The notes under the pieces are model-generated. The model had not been told where the DNA came from. It saw nothing but the letters and a program-made list of their open reading frames with translations, and ran no database searches. 64,000 bases of DNA from Paraspadella gotoi (taxonomy: Eukaryota > Animalia > Chaetognatha). A program made the translations under genes and the position numbers. The stretch spans positions 23,397,622-23,461,621 of the forward strand of contig CM119263.1 in assembly GCA_051294375.1 (NCBI GenBank), read 5' to 3'. Shown one piece after another: positions 27,342 to 39,865 of the stretch (positions within the stretch are counted from its first letter, which is position 1; each line of letters starts with the position of its first letter).

Positions 27342-28489
27342 AAGATTTCAGTTTTAGAATTCGACTTTAATTATTTTCAAAACATACTTGGAATTAATTT
27401 AGGATTGAATAATGAAAGGCCGAGGAATGATTTGACAGCTAATGAAAACGCATTAATTACGACTTATACAGCCGTTTCTGATAAAATATAGTTAACTGTT
27501 ATCACGCTTTTGATCTATTAATATCTGTTACACTTATATTCTAAAGCTAAACTTAGGATTCGAAATTATTTAATTAGAAATTAATTATTCAAAACTTTTT
27601 AGTCAAGCTTTTTCGAAATAAACCTTGTTTATATCTGAACACAAGAGCCTCTTTGAAAAAAAAATTTCGATCGAGAGATGAGAACCGCGGATGTGGCACC
27701 TGCCCAGTTCTGTTCCTACGAGGACCCCGTTCTCGCCTCCCCTCCCTCTAAATTCCTACGAGGACCCGAAATCAGGATTATCCCTCTTTTTTTTTTATTT
27801 CGAAATCCTCGATTCGAGCCTAAAAAATAAAAAAAAGTCGTTTTTTTATTTCTTCCAAATTTTCTAATTCTATCTCGCGCTCCAATTCTGACCACAAAGC
27901 AAACAGCTGACAACGATGCCTTCGCTTTGATTTAAAATGGGAAAAAATATTTTCTCTCCACCGGAAACAAAAGTAAAAAAAAAAGTGTCTATCGAAGGAG
28001 AGGGGGCATAGGGAGGGGGCAAGGGGGCAGGGGGATGGTTGGTACGAAGGGTGGTCGAGGAAAAGGGATTAGGAGCTGACGAAGAAAAGGGGGTTAAAGT
28101 TTTAAATAATAAAAAAAGCGATTCGGAGCTAAAATCTAAAGTTTCTCGTAGTAATATTTAAATGATATTTTTCAAAAGAAATAAAAATACAATCGAAATT
28201 AACTGTATTTTAAAAACGAAGTTAGGAAATACCCTTTGACTAAAAATAAAAAAAGGGGAAAAAAATACTCTCATCCGATCGAAATAGAGAAAATTCGTCT
28301 GTTCGGATTTTCTCCCAAGATTTTCTGTTCTCTCGTCTCATTATTTAATTTCCAAGTCTCTTCTTCCAATTATGTCCACGAATTTCATCTCCAAAATTTT
28401 TATTTCAAATTTATTTATTTTCTTTTCAAATCTTTGTTTCAAAATTTTGTTTCCGGGATTTCAAAACACGAACCTGCCGCACTTGCGCC

Positions 28490-30850
28490 ACAGCCTTCCT
28501 CCTTTTCATTCGATCCCGCCGACCTTCCAACTCCCTTCTCTTCAGAATCAGACTCGCCAGAATCAATCTCTCGTCTCGCCCCCCCCCGCCCTTGCCAGAT
28601 CCTTCTCTGCAGACCATCCCCCCCAGCAATCATCTCATCGCTCTGTCAGCCGCCTCCGCCCCCTTCCCAACTCCGTATCTCTCAGAATCCCCCACCAGAA
28701 CAATGCTCATCGCTCGCACGTCCCCCGCGAACCCCTTCGCATGACTCCCTTCTGAACCTAGACCGTCCGTCTCCTCTGTCGCCCTAGGACATATTACTAT
28801 GCCCCTCAACTCCCTTCTCTCAGAATCACGGCCCCCCCAGAATCAATCTCCTCGTCTGCCGCCCCCCCGCCCTTCCACTCTCTTCTCAAGAATCCCCCAG
28901 AATCAATCTCTCGCTCGCCGCCCCCCCCCCCTTCCAACTCCCTTCTCTCAGAATGCCCACCGCGCAGAATCAATTCTCGCATCGAAAGACCCCGCCCCCT
29001 TCCGCAACTCCTTACTCTCAGAAATCACCCCCCAGAATCAATCTCCGTCGCCCCCCCCCTTCCAACTCCGTCTTCTCTCAGAATCCCCCGGCAGAACAAT
29101 CTCTGCGCGCGCCCCCCCCCCCTTCAACTCCTTCTCTCCAGAATGCTCCCACCAGAAATCAATCTCTCGGCTCGCCACCCGCGCCCTGTCCGAACCCCTT
29201 CTTCAGAATCAGCCCCCCGAATCAATGCTCCGCATCTATGCATTCGCCCCCCGCGCCCTTCAACTCCTTCTCTCAGATCCCCCAGAATCATCCTCTCGCT
29301 CGCCCCCCCCCTTCCAGCGCCCTACTCTGCTCAGAATCCCGCCAGAATCAATCTCTCGCTCGCCCAGCCCCTCCTCCTTCCACCAACCTCCTTCTTCTCA
29401 GAGATCCCTCCCCCGGAATCAATCTCTCGCGATGTGGCGGTCTCCACCCCCCCCTTACCAACTCCCTTCTCTCAGAATCCCCGACCGAATCAATTCTGCT
29501 CGCCCCCCCCGCGGTGACCCTTCCAACTCACCTCCTGTCTCCTCAGAATCCGCCCCGAAAATCAATCTCGTCGCTGCCCCCCCCCCTTCCAACTTCCCTT
29601 CTCTACAAAATCCCCCCAGAATCAATCTCTGCGCTCGCCCCCGGCCCCCCTTCCAATCCCTTCTCTCAGAAGCCCCCGCAGAATCAATCTCATCGCTCGC
29701 CCCCCCCTTCCAACTCCCTTCTCTCAGAATCCTCCCCAGAATCAATCTCCTCGCTCGCCCCCTATCCAACCGCCTTGCTCTCAGAACCCCCCAGAATAAT
29801 CTCTCGCTCGCCTCGCGCGCGTCCCGCACCCTTCCAACTCCCCTTCTCTCAGAATCCCCCCCCAGAATCATATCTCTCCGCTCGGCGCCCCCCCCCCTTA
29901 CAACCCCTTCTACTCAGAATCCCCCCCAGAAATCAATCTCGTCGCTCGCCCCCCCCCCCTTCCACTCGCCTTCTCTCGAATCCCCAGAAATCAATGCATC
30001 CTCGCTCCGCCCCCCCCCCCGCTTCCAACTCCCCTTCTCTCAGAATCCCCGCAGAATCAAATCTCCTCGCATCCGCCCCCTCCCCCTTCCAACTCCTTGC
30101 TCTCAGAATCCCCCAGAATGCAATCTCTCGCTCGCCCCCCCACCTTCCAACTCGCCTTACTCTCGAATATCCTCCCCAAAATCAATCCTCTCTCGCCCCC
30201 CCCCCTTCCACTCCCTTCTTCCAGAATCCCCAGCAATCAATACTCTCGTCGCACCCCCCCTTCCAAACTCCCTTCTTTCAGAATCCTCCCGCAGCAGATC
30301 AATGCTCTCGCTCGCCCCCTTCCACTAACTCCTTCTCTCAGAAATCGCCTCCCAGAATCAATTCTCTCGCTCAGCCCCCCTTCCCTTCCAACCACCTTCT
30401 CTCAGGAATCCCCCCAGCATATCAATCTCTCGCTCGCCGCCCCCCCCTTCATCAACTCCCTTCTCTGAAATCCCCCCAGAATCATTCGTCGCTCGCCCCC
30501 CCCCCGCCTTCCAAACTCCTTTCCTCTCAGAATCCCCCCAGAATCAATCTCTGCTGCTCGCCCCCCCCCTTCATCCCTTCCTCCTCAGAATCCCCCGCGA
30601 ATCAATCTCTACGCTCGCGCCCCCCCCTTCCAACTCCCTTCTCTCAGAATCCCCCCAGAATCAATCTCTGCGTGCTCGCGACCCCCCCTTCCAACTCCCT
30701 TCTCGTCAGAATCCCCCCCAAGAATCAATCTCTCGCTCGCCCCCACCCCCCCTTTCCACCGCTCCAGATCCGCCAGAACAACTCGTGCCCCTTCGATCCT
30801 TCTTCAATCCCAGAATTCTTCGGGCTCGCCCCCCCTCCTGCCCTCAATCC
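28490..30850. repeat. C-rich minisatellite, ~56-bp unit CAGAATCAATCTCTCGCTCGCCCCCCCCTTCCAACTCCCTTCTCTCAGAATCCCCC, roughly 40 noisy copies
   Basis: cagaatcaatctctcgctcg recurs about every 60 bp, with random indels typical of an uncorrected long read. Confidence 0.9.
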
Positions 30851-30864
30851 GTATCTTGCCCCCC

Positions 30865-30900
30865 AAATAGGTCCCTTCTGCTCCGAATTAAGAAAAAAGA

Positions 30901-30965
<65 letters not shown>

Positions 30966-31640
30966 AAAGACGGTTTCTTCTGTGGCGAGGTGGAAATCGA
31001 AATGGAAAGAGCCACGAATCGCAAATATCGCGACCGCTTCCATTTATGAGCCACCAGGTGAGGATTTTCCTCGTCGGATGATAAACAACGGAACAATCAG
31101 CTAATGTCTTCGCCGCCGCAACGNNNNNNNNNNNNNNNNNNNNNNNNNCCCACCACTAAGGCTCCCTTTCTTTTGCTCCGAATTTATAAAGATGAAAAGG
31201 AGAATGCACGCGTGAGAGGAGAGAGAGAGAGAGAGACCGAGACAGAGAGAGAGAGAGAGAGAGAGGAGAGGGGAGATCAGAGATAGAGGAAAGAAGGAGC
31301 GAGAGAGGCGAGAGGAGTGGAATGGACAGAGGAGGAGAGTAGAGGGGAGAGGAAGGAAAAGAAGAAAAAGACCGCGGTTTTTCTTTCTGTATGGTGCAGA
31401 GGTATGTACTATTTGTGAATCGCAAAAATGGGGTTGTGTGGGGGCGAAATTCGAACAGACCCGCGAATCCCGCAAAAATTTTGTTTATTCATTCGGCCGT
31501 CTCCATGCCAGCCAGCGCTATCCTTATTTATGTGGTGACACCAGGATTTGAAGGAGCTGATTATTTCCTCCACGTTCGGATGAATATAAATTTAAACAAT
31601 GAGGAAAACAATCAGCTAATGTCTTCCGCCGCCGCAACGC
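30865..31640. other. Short noisy direct duplication across a 25-N gap (30865-31123 vs 31155-31640), probable assembly overfill
   Basis: Both copies begin ...ccctt..tgctccgaatt and end aacaatcagctaatgtctt(c)cgccgccgcaacg; gap at 31124-31148. Confidence 0.8.
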
Positions 31641-31712
31641 AAGTCGTCGTCGTGTGAAGCGCGAAATAATACTTTTTCCTAGTTCCTACTCTTCTCACTT
31701 CCCTTTCTCTCT

Positions 31713-31798
<86 letters not shown>

Positions 31799-32117
31799 TC
31801 TCAGCTCACACTCTCCACACTATCGTGTTTTCCCCTTCTTTCACGCAAAAACCTCTCCTTTCCTGTTTTTTTGGGGTTTTGCACTTTTTTCTTTCGTTGG
31901 TGATCGACTTTGGGCCGTCGTCGTCGTCGTCGTCGTCGTCGTCATTAAAACGAAGACGCAAAAACCTCCAACGAAATGACAACAACACCTTTTCTTCGAT
32001 CCAGAAATGAAGATGACGATTAATCGTTGACGACGACGACGACGACGACGAAAACAATGATCGAGTGAAGACGCATTTCGGTAGCCGTTTCACAATTCGT
32101 TACTCGAGCATCACGAT

Positions 32118-32282
32118 TCACGAGTTTCGCGCGACACAAATCACGTTTCCCTCACTGACGTTATCGTCAACCTCCGTTTCTTCTTCTTCTTCGTCGTCGT
32201 CGTCGTCGTTCTCATTAGCGAATTCGTCGTCGTCGGCGCAATAGTACACATTTGGTGACGTCAGGCGCCGGGATTTTGGCAT
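32118..32282 (-). CDS. Possible small acidic exon/ORF MPKSRRLTSPNVYYCADDDEFANENDDDDDEEEEETEVDDNV...
   Basis: A 54-codon protein-like ORF with a candidate donor GTGAGG at 32155. No recognisable domain, and partly built from (GAC)n/(GAA)n. Confidence 0.3.
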   Translation of the reverse strand: MPKSRRLTSPNVYYCADDDEFANENDDDDDEEEEETEVDDNVSEGNVICVARNS

Positions 32283-33330
32283 CGAATGTGGAATCGTATC
32301 TTCGATTGAGAAGTTTTGAGCTCAAAAGTGAAAAGCGGAAAAAACAAGAAAAAAAAAAGTTGGGTAAAAAAAGGCGAAAAGGGAAGGAATAGTAGTAGAT
32401 GTTGGCTGCTCGGATTTTTTCTGGAATATTTTCAAATTCTTAACGAATCGCATCAATAAAAATCTCGCCCTCGATTCATTCTTGGTGATCGAGCTGAATT
32501 AGGGAATCACGATCCGACGGGTCTGCTCAATCTTCAAAGTATACATCCGGTTTGCCGTCGCTGATGTTAAAAAGTTATGGGCTGAGTCCTGACTAAAAAA
32601 TTATTCATATTCCATAAAGGACTTTAAACTGTATGCTAAATTTCGTAATCAAATTTATACCTCAAATCGTGTCCGTACGCCATTATCAAAACGGATATAT
32701 ATCATCATTCCATTTTTGACTGTTTTATACTCATAGAAGTAAAAATGTAACAGCTCGACATTTTTCTCTGCTTAATCGATTTTGTTTTCCATTTTTTCCC
32801 CAAAATTTCTTGTTTCGTTCCCTGAAGGTTTCGAATCGCGATTTAAGGCTCACGTACGAATTCGACGTGAGGAGGAAGAAGATTTAAGAGAAAAAAGAAG
32901 TAATTGTAAAAATAGGAGAGAAAGAAGGAAATGAAGTAGAAGAAGAATAAGAAGGAGAAAAAGAAGAAGAGAAACGGAGGAAAAAGGAAAAAGGAGAGGA
33001 AGACAATGGAATAAGAAAAGGAAAGTGAACGAGAAAAAAACATGGCATAAAAAAAGAAAGAAAAACAATCAGATACTTAAGTCAAAAGCGAAGGGGGACT
33101 CTGAACAGACTACAAAGAGACAAATCAGTCATTTAATACCGGGAACAAAAAACGTTCAGTAACGGTGACCATGAACGAAACAACGAACAAAAACAGAGAA
33201 CAAAACAGCAAAGGGAAACGAGGATGGCGTCGCTTGGCAACGAAATTTGCCGACAGAAGGAATTAAGACGAAACGTGACGAAAATTCAGGTTAATTCCAC
33301 TAAACCAAACGATCGCTTAAAAAAAGGGGG

Positions 33331-33379
<49 letters not shown>

Positions 33380-33475
33380 AGAGAGAGGAGAGAGAGAGAG
33401 AAGACAGACTGAGAATCGATACATGCGTAAGACCACCTTCGGAATATCTTTGAAATAAAATATCAGGGGTGAAAT

Positions 33476-33506
<31 letters not shown>

Positions 33507-33536
33507 GAGAGAGAGGAGTAGAGAGAGAGGAGAGAG

Positions 33537-33568
<32 letters not shown>

Positions 33569-34249
33569 AGAGATCTACGTATATATACCACCGGCGGCTT
33601 TTTTCTTTTCTCTCTCGTTTCGAGATAGAGAAACATCATATCCCCATATTCATCACTAACGGACACTCACGTGCACGCAAGGACTCTCTCTCTCTCTCGC
33701 ACTCAGACTCGCACGTTTTCCAAAAGACGAAAGACGATCTTTCGCAAACGTAAGCATCATTTTTTCTCCTCTTTTCTCTCTTATTTCCCTGTGTATATCA
33801 ATTCCTGCGGGACAGAAAAAGGGAAAAAAAGGAAAACGTTTTTTTCTTTTTCTCTCTTTCTAAAAAAAAGTATAAGATCAAAGCTTGGGACTGACCCGAG
33901 TGACCCCGCCAGGGGAGGAGGAGGAGGAGGTGGCGGAGGGGGGGCGGGAAAGATGGAGAAGATGAACTGAAAATGAAAAAGAAAAAATCCTCCTTTAATC
34001 TGCGGACTGGTACTGTGATGGAACCACCTAGGCTTTCTGTGGGCCGTCGAGGGGGGTGTGTGGTGCTGGTTCTCGAAAGAAAAGCACCCCCTCCGCGGCA
34101 ACCGGGCCAGCCCCTCTCTGGGGTGCGGCCCCCCGCCCCGACCGCCCCGATATCGAGGGGCGGTGGCCACCCTATCTCTAGACAGGCTTTCTTCCGAGGA
34201 TTTCACGACCGGGTGATCTGGTGAACGAAGAGGGGGCGGTGGGGGAGGG

Positions 34250-35373
34250 GGGTCGGACGAATAATGACGGTGGGGCCGTAAGAAGTGAAAGTGGGAAGTC
34301 TCCGAATTGTAAGCACGCGGATGCCCTTTTATTTGGTTGAAGATCGAACACAAGGATTGAAATGCAGGAGTTATGTTATGTTATGTATGTATGTTATTAT
34401 GTATCGATATGAAAGTTGTCATAGGAAATGCCAGAGCATATTTTGCTAATCGAGCACATCCTTTTCAGTCTATCGCGCTCTACATAAGAGTGGAGCACTC
34501 AAGAAACAAAAAAATTATTTGAAAGACGAAACGCAATGATATTTAGATGATGAGAAGTATGATTAACTATACAAAAAATATTTTGCTTCAGATATATCTC
34601 GCTATCGGGGGAAACAGAATAGTAAAATATAATTATATTTGTAGTAAATTATCCTTATATAAATAGTATAAATTCTTAAAAATAATTTTTTAACAACTTA
34701 TTAAGATCAGATTCTCATAAAAAGTTGATATGAAAAAACATATTAAAACGATGTTGTATCAAAAATTCTGTTCATCTTCAAGTTGTTAAAATAAGAAAAA
34801 AAGGTGAAAATTCCTGACTTTTTTATTCTCTTCGTGTCAGTAGAAACTTATATATGTTAAAACGTTTTTACGTCATTTTTTGCTTGTATCTAAACATTAA
34901 AATCATATATAACATATTTTATTTAAAGTGTTCTTATTTTTTTACAGCGAATCCAAATCCGTCTGTAAAATTAAAAAAATTATTTTGAAATTGACCGATT
35001 TTATAAGCGATATTACTACATAAATAATGAATTGCTATACATATCTGTATATGCTCTAAAAAAATTTTTTAAACGGGTATTTAAAATTCCATTAATTATA
35101 TCGTCCATAGCGGGCAGCAAAAAAAAATAATTTCAATCACTCAATCTTTTCATCACTCCACCCTGTCTACATTTCATACGTTCCGTTCCGCACCGTCTAT
35201 CAATTCCGTCCTTTTTCTTCACTCTGTCTCCCTCCATCACTTTGTCATAAAGCGGCTCGCATAGAAAAATCTCGATCTCAGATTTTGTTTGTGAGATCAT
35301 CATTCGCACTCTTTTTTTCCCCGCTGTGTCTTCTAATTTTCTTTTTCCGTTCTCAACCTACGCCTCTCTCAGT

Positions 35374-35407
<34 letters not shown>

Positions 35408-35422
35408 TCTCCTCTCTCTCCT

Positions 35423-35470
<48 letters not shown>

Positions 35471-38255
35471 CCTCTTCTCTCTCTCTCTTCTCTCTCTTCT
35501 CCCTTTGAACTTTCCTTATACTTGTTATTCCCCTTACCCCCTTTTCCTATTCACCCCCTCCAAAGATCTCACCCCCTTCTTTCCACCCTCCCCCCCCAGG
35601 TCCCCCCCCCCTTTCTTTAGCCTCGGGACTCGAAAAGGAGAAGAGAAACTCAATCGCAGTTAAAATTTTCTCGTTCGGATTTCCAAAAATGGTGGAAGAG
35701 ATCTATATCCGCCGCCCAGAGTCTCGTGTCACTCCGGCTTTCCCTTTTTTTTTTCCCGTTATATTTCGCGGAAACATACGTTCGTCCCTTTCGCGATATT
35801 CGCGATTCCCTTCGTTCGTCATTTTCTTTTTTTGTTCCATTTTTCCTCAAGTTGTTTAAAGTTTAATGATTATTTGTTAAAGATTCGCTTTTCTTTACAA
35901 AGCTCTTGTTTATTTGTTCTCTTTTCAGAGTTTTTAACTTTTTGTATGTGGGAGTATTTAACTTTCTTAAGCTCATTTACTTTTGTGTGTTAGACTCTCT
36001 TTGACTTCCTCTTACCTCTTTAATTTTTTAGTTTATTTATTAGTTATATATAACCTAGCTATTAATTATTATTTGTTAATTTTTCTTTCTTCATTTCTTT
36101 CTTCATCTCTCTTTGTCTGTTTGTCGCGATTCACAAGGACTCGATCTTCTTCCAGAATTAATCGCAAAAAAGCAGGATCAAGAAAGAAAGAGAAAGAAAA
36201 AAGAATAAAAAGCAAATAGAGAAAAGAAGAAAAGAATAGGAAGAGAAACGAAAATATAAAAAAAAGAAAAACAAAGATAAATAAAGAGAAAAAAAGAAAG
36301 AGAAAAGAAAAAACAAAGAAAAAAACAAGAAAAAGTTACGAGAAATAGCCTAGACAAAAAAAAGAAAGAAAAGAAGAAGAAAGATAGAAAGGAAAGAAGA
36401 CAGAAAAAAGAGCAGAAGAAAAGAAGCAAGAAGGAAGAAGAAGAGGAAAGAAGGAGATTAAATGTTATCGACTACCAACAACAATGACTATCGACACTCG
36501 AGAGTTAAAAGCTAGAAGTCACCGTATGGAAAATATGTTTAATCAATACTTTGACGGTCGATGCTTGGTAAACACCACTCCGCTTCATAACTTCTTTAGT
36601 CATATGATGATGGAAGACTTGCAAAAACTAGTAGTCGAAACATGTCCGTTTGTTAATAATAAATCCGTTGTTGTTCTCAAACTATAAACTTTGTTTTCTC
36701 TCTAATCTAAAATCGTAAAACGAAAAGAAAGTCTTAACACATGTCTAGCAATAGTATAGTACAAAACAAAAGGATAAAAATACAATACCTATAGCCAAAC
36801 CGTTTGAATGCTTAGGTGTTCTCTTCTATCGACTTAGTCACAAGTAACCCAACCCTATCTCACCATTTTTGCGTTACTATGGTAAAAATTTGTGTATTGA
36901 TTCGCTGAAAAGCTATATAATAAAGAAGACAAAATCTGGAACCAGCAAAATAAATGGTAAGCCATCTACCGTGAATATTCACGAATAATCGGAGAGACAA
37001 AAAAAGGAAAGCTGAAAACTAAAATAATAAAAATAAGGCCAGCACAGACACAAAAAAAAAAAAAAAAAGAAAAAGAAAAACGAAGCCGAAGCGGAAAAGA
37101 GGAAGAAGACGTGAATAAAATCAAGTGCTGGCGGGAAATTGATTATAAAGAAGACGAAAATTCGTCTGTCAGGTTACATAGAGGAGGAAGAGAAAGAGAT
37201 GAGAGAAAAGAGAGATGGTCAAAACGCCGAGATTAGAAGGGAAGTATAAGAGACGAGTATTGCTAATGTTAAAACTAGCGAACATGCTTATATTAACCCG
37301 GACGAAGTGTGACTGATTGAGATGAAGGCATGATTCACGAATATTTCTTTTATCGCCAGACTGATGAGCATGAAGGATGCTGTTTGCGACAATATGATCG
37401 GCAGTTGCGTTGTTATATTTGTTTTTTGTTGGCTGTTCTATCGTAAGTAAACGCAAAATTACAAATTAAAGGTATATATTCTTAGCAATTATTTTCCAAT
37501 ACAAAAGTATTCCATTGATTGGTTCGAGCGAGAGATAACATGAGTTTGCACGCGTGTACAGTGAGGAAAGTGTCACTTCATTTCGGAATAATAATAATTT
37601 AAATCAATTTTTTATTTAAAGAAGATCACCGGGATTGAATTCGCCCGGTTTGTAAAATTCACGTGACCTCGGTATATTAGCGCCCGTCCGCTCTCCAAGT
37701 CTTTCAGAAGTCGTCGTTTCTCGTCGGTTTTCTCGTCGTTTTCGTCGTTGCGTTCGTCGTTGTCGTTCGTTTTCATCGTCAATTCTGCTTCATATTTTGA
37801 CGGGAAAGATTTCGGAAGTTTAGAAATTATTAACCGACGAATCGAGACGCTAGAAATTTTACAGGAGAGACGGATTAACTGATTATAAAGTGACATTTAA
37901 TCCCGAATAAAGTACTGACTTAATTCGGTGAGAACGATTCACCTCTGTTCACACACGGAATGCTTTTCAGTGCGCTGTGAGATTTTACCGCGAAAAAAAA
38001 AGAACTGAATTTGTGATAACTAATTTTGCGACAAAGTATCGGATCGCGTCGATCCGCGGGATGATAACGAACGGATCGCGGTCGTTTCCCGTCATCCGCA
38101 GCAACATCTACCTGATGTCGCTCATCCTTTAAAAAAAGGCATTCATGTCACAAAAAAGAATTCCAAATATGCAAACAAAGAAATTGAACGAAGAATGGGA
38201 GAAGAAGCAGAGAAAAAAAGGTGCGAAATAAAAAAGATGATTGAAATGAAGAAAA
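34250..38255 (+). repeat. Copy A of a triplicated locus (noisy; carries the MITE)
   Basis: Colinear with 38295-41225 over about 3 kb, e.g. gaagtgaaagtggga..., gacggtcgatgcttggtaaacacc, ccgtcatccgcagcaacatctacctg. Confidence 0.9.
34486..35164. mobile_element. hAT-superfamily MITE (~680 bp, non-coding), copy A
   Basis: Insertion relative to copy B. Termini (t)AGAGTGGAG...CTCCACCCT(a). Flanked by (g)TCTACAT on the left and GTCTACAT at 35165-35172, i.e. an 8-bp TSD. Confidence 0.8.
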
Positions 38256-38511
38256 GTATCTCTCTCTTTNNNNNNNNNNNNNNNNNNNNNNNNNGGGGGA
38301 CGAATGGACGGTGGGTGGGGCAGAAGTGAAAGTGGGAGTCTCACGAATTGTAAGCCACGCGGATGCCCTTATTTGGTGAAGATCGAACCAAGGATTGAAA
38401 TGCAGGAGTTATGTTATGTTATGTTATGTTATGTTATATTATGTTCGATAGAAAGTGTCATAGAGAATGCCAGAGCTATTTGCTAATCGAGCACATCTTT
38501 TCAGTCTATCG

Positions 38512-38527
38512 GTCTACAACTCTACAT
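38512..38527. other. Transposon excision footprint GTCTACA-A-C-TCTACAT at the MITE position
   Basis: Both TSD copies are retained, with each innermost base replaced by its complement. Confidence 0.75.
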
Positions 38528-39530
38528 TTCTATACGTCCGTCCGTCCGTCTATCTTTCCGTCTTTTCTTCACTCTGTCTCCCTCCATCACTTTGTCAATA
38601 AGCGGTCGAAGAAAATCTCGATCTCAGATTTTGTTTGAGAATCATTCCACTTTTTTTTCCCCGCTGCTTCTAATTTTCTTTTTCCGTTCTCACCTACGCC
38701 TCTCTCAGTCTTCGTCTCTCTCTCTCGATCTCATCTCTCTCTGCCTCTCTCCTCTCTCGTCTGCTCCTGCTCTCTCCTCTCTCTCTGGCCTCTCTCTCTC
38801 GGCGCGTCTCCTCTCTCTCTCTCTCTCTTCTCGCCTTTGAATTTTTATCCCCTTAACGACCCGCGCGGCGCCTATTCACACCGCTGGGCCGCCAAAAGAT
38901 CTCACCCCCTTCCTTCCACCCATCCCCCCCCCAGGTCCCCCCCCCTTTCCATTAGCCATCGGAGACTCGAAAAGAAGAGAGAAACTCATCGCAAGTAAAA
39001 AATTTCTCGTTCGATTTCCAAAAATGGTGAAGAGAATCTAATCCCGCCGCCAGAGTCTCTGTCACTCCGGCTTCCCTTTTTTTTTTCCCGTTATTTCGCG
39101 AACATACGTTCGTCCCTTTCGCGAATTCGTCGATTCCCTTCGTTCGTCATTTTCTTTTTCTTTGTTCCATTTTTCCTCAATTGTTTAAAGTTTAATGAGT
39201 TTATTTGTTAAAGATTCGCTTTTCTTAGTACAAATGTTTCTTTGTTTATTTGTTCTCTTTTCAGAGTTTTTAACTTTTTGTATGTGGGAGTATTTAACTT
39301 TCTTAGCTCATTTACTTTTGTGTTTAGACTCTCTTTGACTTCCTCTTACTCTTCTTAATTTTTTATGTGTTTATTTTATTAGTTTATATATGAACCTAGC
39401 TATTTAATTATTATTTGTTAATTTTTCTTTCTTCATTTCTTTCTTCATCTCTCTTGTCTTGTTTGTCGCGATTCAAGACTCGATCTTCTTCCAGAATTTA
39501 ATCCCAAAAAGGGAAGGAAAGTCAGATTTC

Positions 39531-39618
39531 GAAGAAGAAGAAGAAGAAGAAGAAGAAGAAGAAGAAGAAGAAGAAGAAGAAGAAGAAGAAGAAGAAGAAG
39601 AAGAAGAAGAAGAAGAAG
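39531..39618. repeat. (GAA)n microsatellite
   Basis: Directly visible. Confidence 0.95.
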
Positions 39619-39769
39619 AGAAAGGAGATTAAATTATCGCTACCAACAACAATGACATCGACACTCGAGAGTTAAAAGCTAGAGTCACCGCTAGGAAAAT
39701 ATTTAATCAATACTTTGACGGTCGATGCTTGGTAAACACCACATCCGCTTCATAACTTTTTAGTCATAG

Positions 39770-39865
39770 ATGATGAAGACTGAAAAAACTAGAGTCGAAA
39801 CATGTCCGTTTTTTTGGGAATAAAAATCCGTTGTTTGTAAACTTATAAACTTTGTTTTCTCTCTA
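39770..39865 (+). ncRNA. Degenerate minimal hammerhead-ribozyme-like motif plus poly(A) signal (Penelope pLTR-like relic); also at 36604-36704 (+) and 44932-45037 (-)
   Basis: aTGATGA-A-GACT(loop)AGTC-GAAAC-AT-GTC followed by cgtttttt..AATAAA. Stem III contains the palindrome ACATGT. Core C3 is A and stem I is not evident. Confidence 0.5.

Noticed and set aside
28799-30905. 509-aa and 650-aa Pro/Ser-rich ORFs
   Set aside because: They are translations of the ~56-bp C-rich minisatellite. Several frames stay open because the unit lacks stops, and the peptides drift between frames.
37361-37385. CTGATGA-GCAT..ATGC as hammerhead core
   Set aside because: No GAAA follows stem II, and it lies in a noisy segment found only in copy A.
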